Shown piece after piece: positions 59,525-64,000 of a DNA stretch of 64,000 nucleotides. The notes beneath the pieces are model-generated. The model was not told where the DNA came from. It did not search any database and saw only the letters and a program-made list of their open reading frames with translations. The position numbers and the translations under genes were made by a program. This DNA comes from a virus: the IMG/VR virus record IMGVR_UViG_3300040770_000181, positions 3,173 through 67,172 of that record; one strand, given 5' to 3'. Each line of letters opens with the position of its first letter. Position 1 is the stretch's first letter.

Positions 59525-62500
59525 TTAGTATTTATCTAACCAGCCTTTTTCTGGTTTAGCAAAGTTAGTTAATTTTTTTCCATTTCTAGCCTGAGTGACA
59601 GACTGTTTACTATTTGATGATTGTTCAGCAACAGTGTTTAATATGTTTATAATTTCATCATCTTCATACATTTCTCTTAAGTCACCAATAGATTGTCTTG
59701 CCCCTTCATTAACTTTATTAAAAAGACTTGAATCTACTTTTTGTCCAGGTTTTAATTTGAACTCACTTCTTATATTCATTATTCTAGGATACATACCATC
59801 TTTTTTTAAATAATTGTAGTATTCTTCTCCGTATGAATCTTTAGTATAATTTGGATCTGCTTTTTGATTATAATTTATTTCCATGTAATTTTCCATTTTA
59901 TCTTGTATACCAGAACCATGTGTCATTTCATGTGCTAAGGTGCCTTTATCTCCATTATCTCTCATAGACATTGAGTGTATTTTTGGAATATATTTACCAG
60001 CTACATTGGGCTCTCCTCTTAACCTATTAAATGTAGACTCCATTTCATAATATCCTTCATCTGATTCTATATTATTTTGTAATCTATAATTATTTACAAA
60101 GTCAGAAGTAGATTTACCTGACATTTTTCTTTGATCATAAACAGGTAAAGTATCTAAACTTTTATTTATAACATTTACTGGATTTTTTCCTTCCATTAAA
60201 TAACCTATTTGAGAGTTTAACCTTCCTTTTGTAACTGGGTTGTTCATCCAATTTTTTACAAAAGGATCTACATCATTAGCCATTTTATATGTTGACTGTA
60301 TTTCTTCTCTATTGTTCCACCAATCTTCAACACCTAAACCACCAGATATTTTTTTTCCATTTTGAGCCATTGGGTATTCTGTAAACTTTTTAGCACCAGG
60401 AAACTTTTGTGTACCTGAGTTAGCTTGTACCATTCTTGGTTCTCCTACATCAGGAACAACGTATAACGGTATATCACCGTACCCATGTGTAGCCATTGTA
60501 TCTCCTGAGATTTCTGTTATCTCTCCAGGATGATCCCATTGACCACGATCATCTTTTACAACACCACCATTTTTTCTTAATTTTGGTTTAACTGTAGAAG
60601 TTTTATCAATTACTTTTCTATTAATCTCATAAGAAGGGTTGTAATCTTTAAGAGTGCTTTTACTTTTACTTTTACTCTTAGCTTTACTTTCAGATCTAAT
60701 ACTTCCTATTTTAGGTTTAGTTGTAGCAGTATTATCAATCCTAACATTTCCATCATTATCTACAAATGCTTTTTCTTTTAACAATTGTGTTAATGGTTTA
60801 CCTGTTTCTCTTGATGCTCTAACTTCTCCCATTCTTTTCTTTTTATTCTCTATTTGCAATAAACCTAAAGAAGCTGCTTGGGCATAAGGGTGTGGAATCA
60901 AACCCATAGTGTCTGATGCATTAGCTTCTTCTCCATTGTAATACGATTGTGCTATTCCTAATGCTGAGCCAATACCAGGAGCTTTTCTTAATAAAGGATG
61001 AACAAAAGTTTGACCAGAGTCAATAACTTCTTGATTAAAATTGTTTACAAGCTCAAGAGGTTCTTCTTCATTCCAATCTGGTTGTCTATATGCTCTTTCA
61101 GGATTCATTCCATTTTGTGCCTGAGGAATCTCTCCTCCATATTCTTTTTTCTTATTTTTTTTATTATATTCTTCTTGTTCTTTGTTAAATTTTTTAACTC
61201 TATTTTCATCTAAATTAATTAACTCATTAGTTGCCCAGCCTAATCCTCCAATACCTGCTGCTACTACTCCTAATGGAAGTGCATCTTTAGGATTTTCTTT
61301 TATGTAATTAAAAGGAGCACTAGCAATATCATTTATTGAATAATTTTTTCTAGAAAATTTATTTATATTTTTGTATTTTTCCATCCAATCCTCTATAACA
61401 TTAGGATTGGTATGTCCAGTTAACCCAACTATATCATGGTTAATTGCTTCGCGTTCATCCGTTGCACGTGCAACTTTTTGCCCAAATATTTCTCTATTAA
61501 ATCGTTCATGAGCTTTTTTTGTTTTTTCTGGTGAAAGCAATGTCTCCCCACTATAAACACCTTTCATTCCTCTTTTTTTAGCTTCTTCAATTCCTAATTG
61601 ATATAATAAATCTTGTGTCTGGTTTCCTTGTAATTTATCAGATACAGAAATCATAGAAGGGCTTACCCACTCAGGTTCACCTTTAATTGGAAAACCTTTA
61701 TCGTCATATGTAAACTGTCCAATTTCATCTCTTATCCAATTATTTTTATTTTCAAGACCTAAATAACCAAATGAACTTCCTTTTGAATCTTTTAAATGTA
61801 TTTTTGTATGTGTGCTACTGTTTGGACTATACTCTATATTTGGAACTAATGTTTCTGGTAAAGTTCTAATTTTTTTTCCAGGAATAAATTTTTTATTTGT
61901 AAATGATTTAACATCTTCAATTATATTACCTACTCCTTGTGATTGTAATCCTTGCATAAGTTCAGGGTTTATACCTGTTCTTATTTTTCCTAATCCAGAA
62001 AAAAGATTTTCCTTAGTAAGCAATCCAGCCCCTGCTAAATTAGCTGGGTCTAATACAGCATCTACAGCCATAGCTCCATAAGGATTTTGAATATTCATAG
62101 CTTCTGAAGGACGTTGCATTTCTCCAGTCATAGCTTTAGTAGCAAACATTTGTGGAATACTAGTTACTGCAGATATAGGCGTTCCAAATATTGATCCCAT
62201 TAACCCAGCATCTTTATTTTCATCAACTATCTTGTCAGCATATTGTTCTAACCAATTCCTAGGTCTTTTGTAATCATTCTGAACAGTTACTTCATCTAGT
62301 GCAATAGGTGATCTTTCTCCTGTAGAAGACAAAACATTCCCTTTATTATATTCTTCTCTGTATTCAGGAGTATTATATTTTACCTGCTTACCATTTTGAG
62401 CTTGAGGAATCTCCCCACCCATTTGATATTGAGGAGTTATCTTTCTAGTATTACCAGGACCAAGATCAGGCATAGGTCTATCTTGGTCAAAAGGAACATT

Positions 62501-63541
62501 ATACTTAGTGTTAGTTCCACCAAAGTTCATGTTAATATCTTCTTCTACTTTAAAAGATTTTGGTACCCTTGCTCTATTTCTTATATTAATATCCGATTCT
62601 AATTCATTACCAGACATATCTATTCCTTCAGAATCTAATAAAGTTGGTAGTGCTTGTACTTTTGGGTTTGGTTTTCTAACAGGAGCTGAAATGGGTTTAA
62701 TAAAAGAAGAGTATTCTGCTGCTTGGTCAGTTGCCACACCTGTTTTACGTTGAGTTGATTTGTTATTTTTTAAATCACTAACCTTACTAGAAGTATTACT
62801 TTTAGTAGGAGTGGTTTTATATTGTTTTAATATATCTTCTTTTTGTTCAGGATGTTGTTGTATAAGATCATTTATAATAGCTACAGCACCTATACCATCT
62901 TTTGCTCCTAACTTTAATGCACGTTGCACAACTTCAGGTTTATAAAGTTCATCAAGTAATCTATAATATTCTTTGTATCCTTCTCCTGATTTTCTAGCTT
63001 TTCTGGTCCATCCAGAATATTTAGTTAATTCTCCTGAAAGCTTAGAAGCAATTTCTGCATTTTTTAACGCTGCTTTAACAGCAGGCTGTAAAACAGTTCT
63101 TGTTTTTTCTACAGTTTTGACACCTTTAGCTAATTTTCCTAATTTAGAAACAGCTCCTGCACCAATAAGGTTTGTAGGATCTAAAATCATATCTGTAGCC
63201 ATAGCTAAATAAGGATGTTCTTTTTCATCTATACCTATACCTGCAGAAGGATTTTCATATTTAGGTGGAGCTTTTCTTGCACCAACAGCGTGTAGTCCTG
63301 CTTCAACAGCATAAGTGGTTGCTCTTGCAGGAGCAGAAAGTACATTATCTATTTTATCTAACCAACCAGTTTCTTCTTCTTTAGGAATTAACTTCTTTCC
63401 ATTTTGTGCTTTTTCTACTTCTTCTTGTTTTGCAGGAGCATTGTTTGCACCACAGTTATGACAATTATATAAATCAGCTTTAGATGATTCAGATGCTTTC
63501 CAAGACCATCCACAATTTGAACATGTTATTTTACTATCCAT
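59525..63541 (-). CDS. Modular (polyvalent-like) virion cargo protein: Zn ribbon, duplicated helical module, GNAT-like segment, HExxH zincin
   Basis: CSNC...CHNC; LDPTNLIGAG/LDPANLAGAG; HEMTH at 59918-59932; AQNG linkers. Confidence 0.6.
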   Translation of the reverse strand: MDSKITCSNCGWSWKASESSKADLYNCHNCGANNAPAKQEEVEKAQNGKKLIPKEEETGWLDKIDNVLSAPARATTYAVEAGLHAVGARKAPPKYENPSAGIGIDEKEHPYLAMATDMILDPTNLIGAGAVSKLGKLAKGVKTVEKTRTVLQPAVKAALKNAEIASKLSGELTKYSGWTRKARKSGEGYKEYYRLLDELYKPEVVQRALKLGAKDGIGAVAIINDLIQQHPEQKEDILKQYKTTPTKSNTSSKVSDLKNNKSTQRKTGVATDQAAEYSSFIKPISAPVRKPNPKVQALPTLLDSEGIDMSGNELESDINIRNRARVPKSFKVEEDINMNFGGTNTKYNVPFDQDRPMPDLGPGNTRKITPQYQMGGEIPQAQNGKQVKYNTPEYREEYNKGNVLSSTGERSPIALDEVTVQNDYKRPRNWLEQYADKIVDENKDAGLMGSIFGTPISAVTSIPQMFATKAMTGEMQRPSEAMNIQNPYGAMAVDAVLDPANLAGAGLLTKENLFSGLGKIRTGINPELMQGLQSQGVGNIIEDVKSFTNKKFIPGKKIRTLPETLVPNIEYSPNSSTHTKIHLKDSKGSSFGYLGLENKNNWIRDEIGQFTYDDKGFPIKGEPEWVSPSMISVSDKLQGNQTQDLLYQLGIEEAKKRGMKGVYSGETLLSPEKTKKAHERFNREIFGQKVARATDEREAINHDIVGLTGHTNPNVIEDWMEKYKNINKFSRKNYSINDIASAPFNYIKENPKDALPLGVVAAGIGGLGWATNELINLDENRVKKFNKEQEEYNKKNKKKEYGGEIPQAQNGMNPERAYRQPDWNEEEPLELVNNFNQEVIDSGQTFVHPLLRKAPGIGSALGIAQSYYNGEEANASDTMGLIPHPYAQAASLGLLQIENKKKRMGEVRASRETGKPLTQLLKEKAFVDNDGNVRIDNTATTKPKIGSIRSESKAKSKSKSKSTLKDYNPSYEINRKVIDKTSTVKPKLRKNGGVVKDDRGQWDHPGEITEISGDTMATHGYGDIPLYVVPDVGEPRMVQANSGTQKFPGAKKFTEYPMAQNGKKISGGLGVEDWWNNREEIQSTYKMANDVDPFVKNWMNNPVTKGRLNSQIGYLMEGKNPVNVINKSLDTLPVYDQRKMSGKSTSDFVNNYRLQNNIESDEGYYEMESTFNRLRGEPNVAGKYIPKIHSMSMRDNGDKGTLAHEMTHGSGIQDKMENYMEINYNQKADPNYTKDSYGEEYYNYLKKDGMYPRIMNIRSEFKLKPGQKVDSSLFNKVNEGARQSIGDLREMYEDDEIINILNTVAEQSSNSKQSVTQARNGKKLTNFAKPEKGWLDKY

Positions 63542-64000
63542 TACTTATAAGATATTTGAGCAGGCGTCAGTATAAACTGGCTTACTAAATGAATACTTGA
63601 TGTGTTATCTAAGATGTGTCGCACTCTTAGTTCTTTTGCTCTCAGAGGAGCTTTCTTAAATGATCTACTAGAATAGTCCATGTTAGAGATGTTAACAACT
63701 TTATCTATAGAAAGATTTTCACAAGACGTCAAGAACATTGGAATTTGTGAACTTTTTTGTAAAGCCCAGAAACTATTATACTGGTAAAAGTTATCACTCT
63801 TAGTATACACAATAGTTTTACTGTCTTCCTTGAAGATAGGATATTGACTATGTACAGAAAGGTTATTAAGCGGCTTAGAGACAAGATTTAATATTCCAGA
63901 GGATTGTTGTCCATTATATAAAATAGCTTTGTTAAACCATTGATCATTTGTTTCCACCTTGGTGTTATAATTAAACACACCAGTGTCTGATGGTAAATAC
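63541..64000 (-). CDS. Structural (tail stabilisation-like) protein, C-terminal part (5' end outside window)
   Basis: Frame open to the window edge; RAKELRVRHILDN C-terminal pattern; TAATG coupling to the 59525 gene. Confidence 0.5.
   Translation of the reverse strand, partial: YLPSDTGVFNYNTKVETNDQWFNKAILYNGQQSSGILNLVSKPLNNLSVHSQYPIFKEDSKTIVYTKSDNFYQYNSFWALQKSSQIPMFLTSCENLSIDKVVNISNMDYSSRSFKKAPLRAKELRVRHILDNTSSIHLVSQFILTPAQISYK

Noticed and set aside
35820-63212. Numerous 60-166 aa + strand ORFs within the late region
   Set aside because: They are antisense to long, well-supported minus-strand genes and show no recognisable motifs.
1-64000. Stop-codon reassignment (TAG/TGA), as in some crAss-like phages
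   Set aside because: Under code 11 the genes are full length and tightly coupled (TAATG/ATGA overlaps), with no fragmentation of RNR, RecA or vRNAP.
1-64000. tRNA or other structured RNA genes
   Set aside because: Intergenic gaps are short and explained by promoters and terminators; no cloverleaf or T-loop (GTTCGA) pattern was noticed in them.

Overview
This 64 kb AT-rich window is part of a dsDNA tailed phage genome of crAss-like type (Crassvirales or a close relative). The host is most likely a Bacteroidota member: there are TAnnTTTG promoter elements and A-rich, SD-less translation starts. The + strand (1-18.2 kb) carries a replication and metabolism module: SF2 helicase (partial), AAA ATPase, primase, RIIA/RIIB-like pair, HNH nucleases, PD-(D/E)XK exonuclease, class II RNR, RecA, PhoH, GroES-like protein and a GT2. 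It meets the - strand late module (18.2-64 kb) at a bidirectional terminator. The late module holds a lysis cassette, tail fibres, large ejection/cargo proteins and a 4679-aa polyprotein containing the crAss-type virion RNA polymerase (DFDID motif). The most striking observation is a candidate phage-encoded protein O-glycosylation system at about 17.5-35 kb. It comprises (i) a GT whose motifs resemble plant peptidyl-serine/hydroxyproline O-glycosyltransferases, flanked on both sides by microgenes ending in poly-Thr tails; (ii) an independently promoted four-domain enzyme (methyltransferase, GT-A, GT4 and a TibC/Aah-like heptosyltransferase with the four-Cys iron motif); and (iii) fibres carrying about 700 residues of nearly proline-free Gly-Thr-Ser collagen-like repeats as plausible acceptors. 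All family assignments come from motif recognition by eye; no database searches were run.
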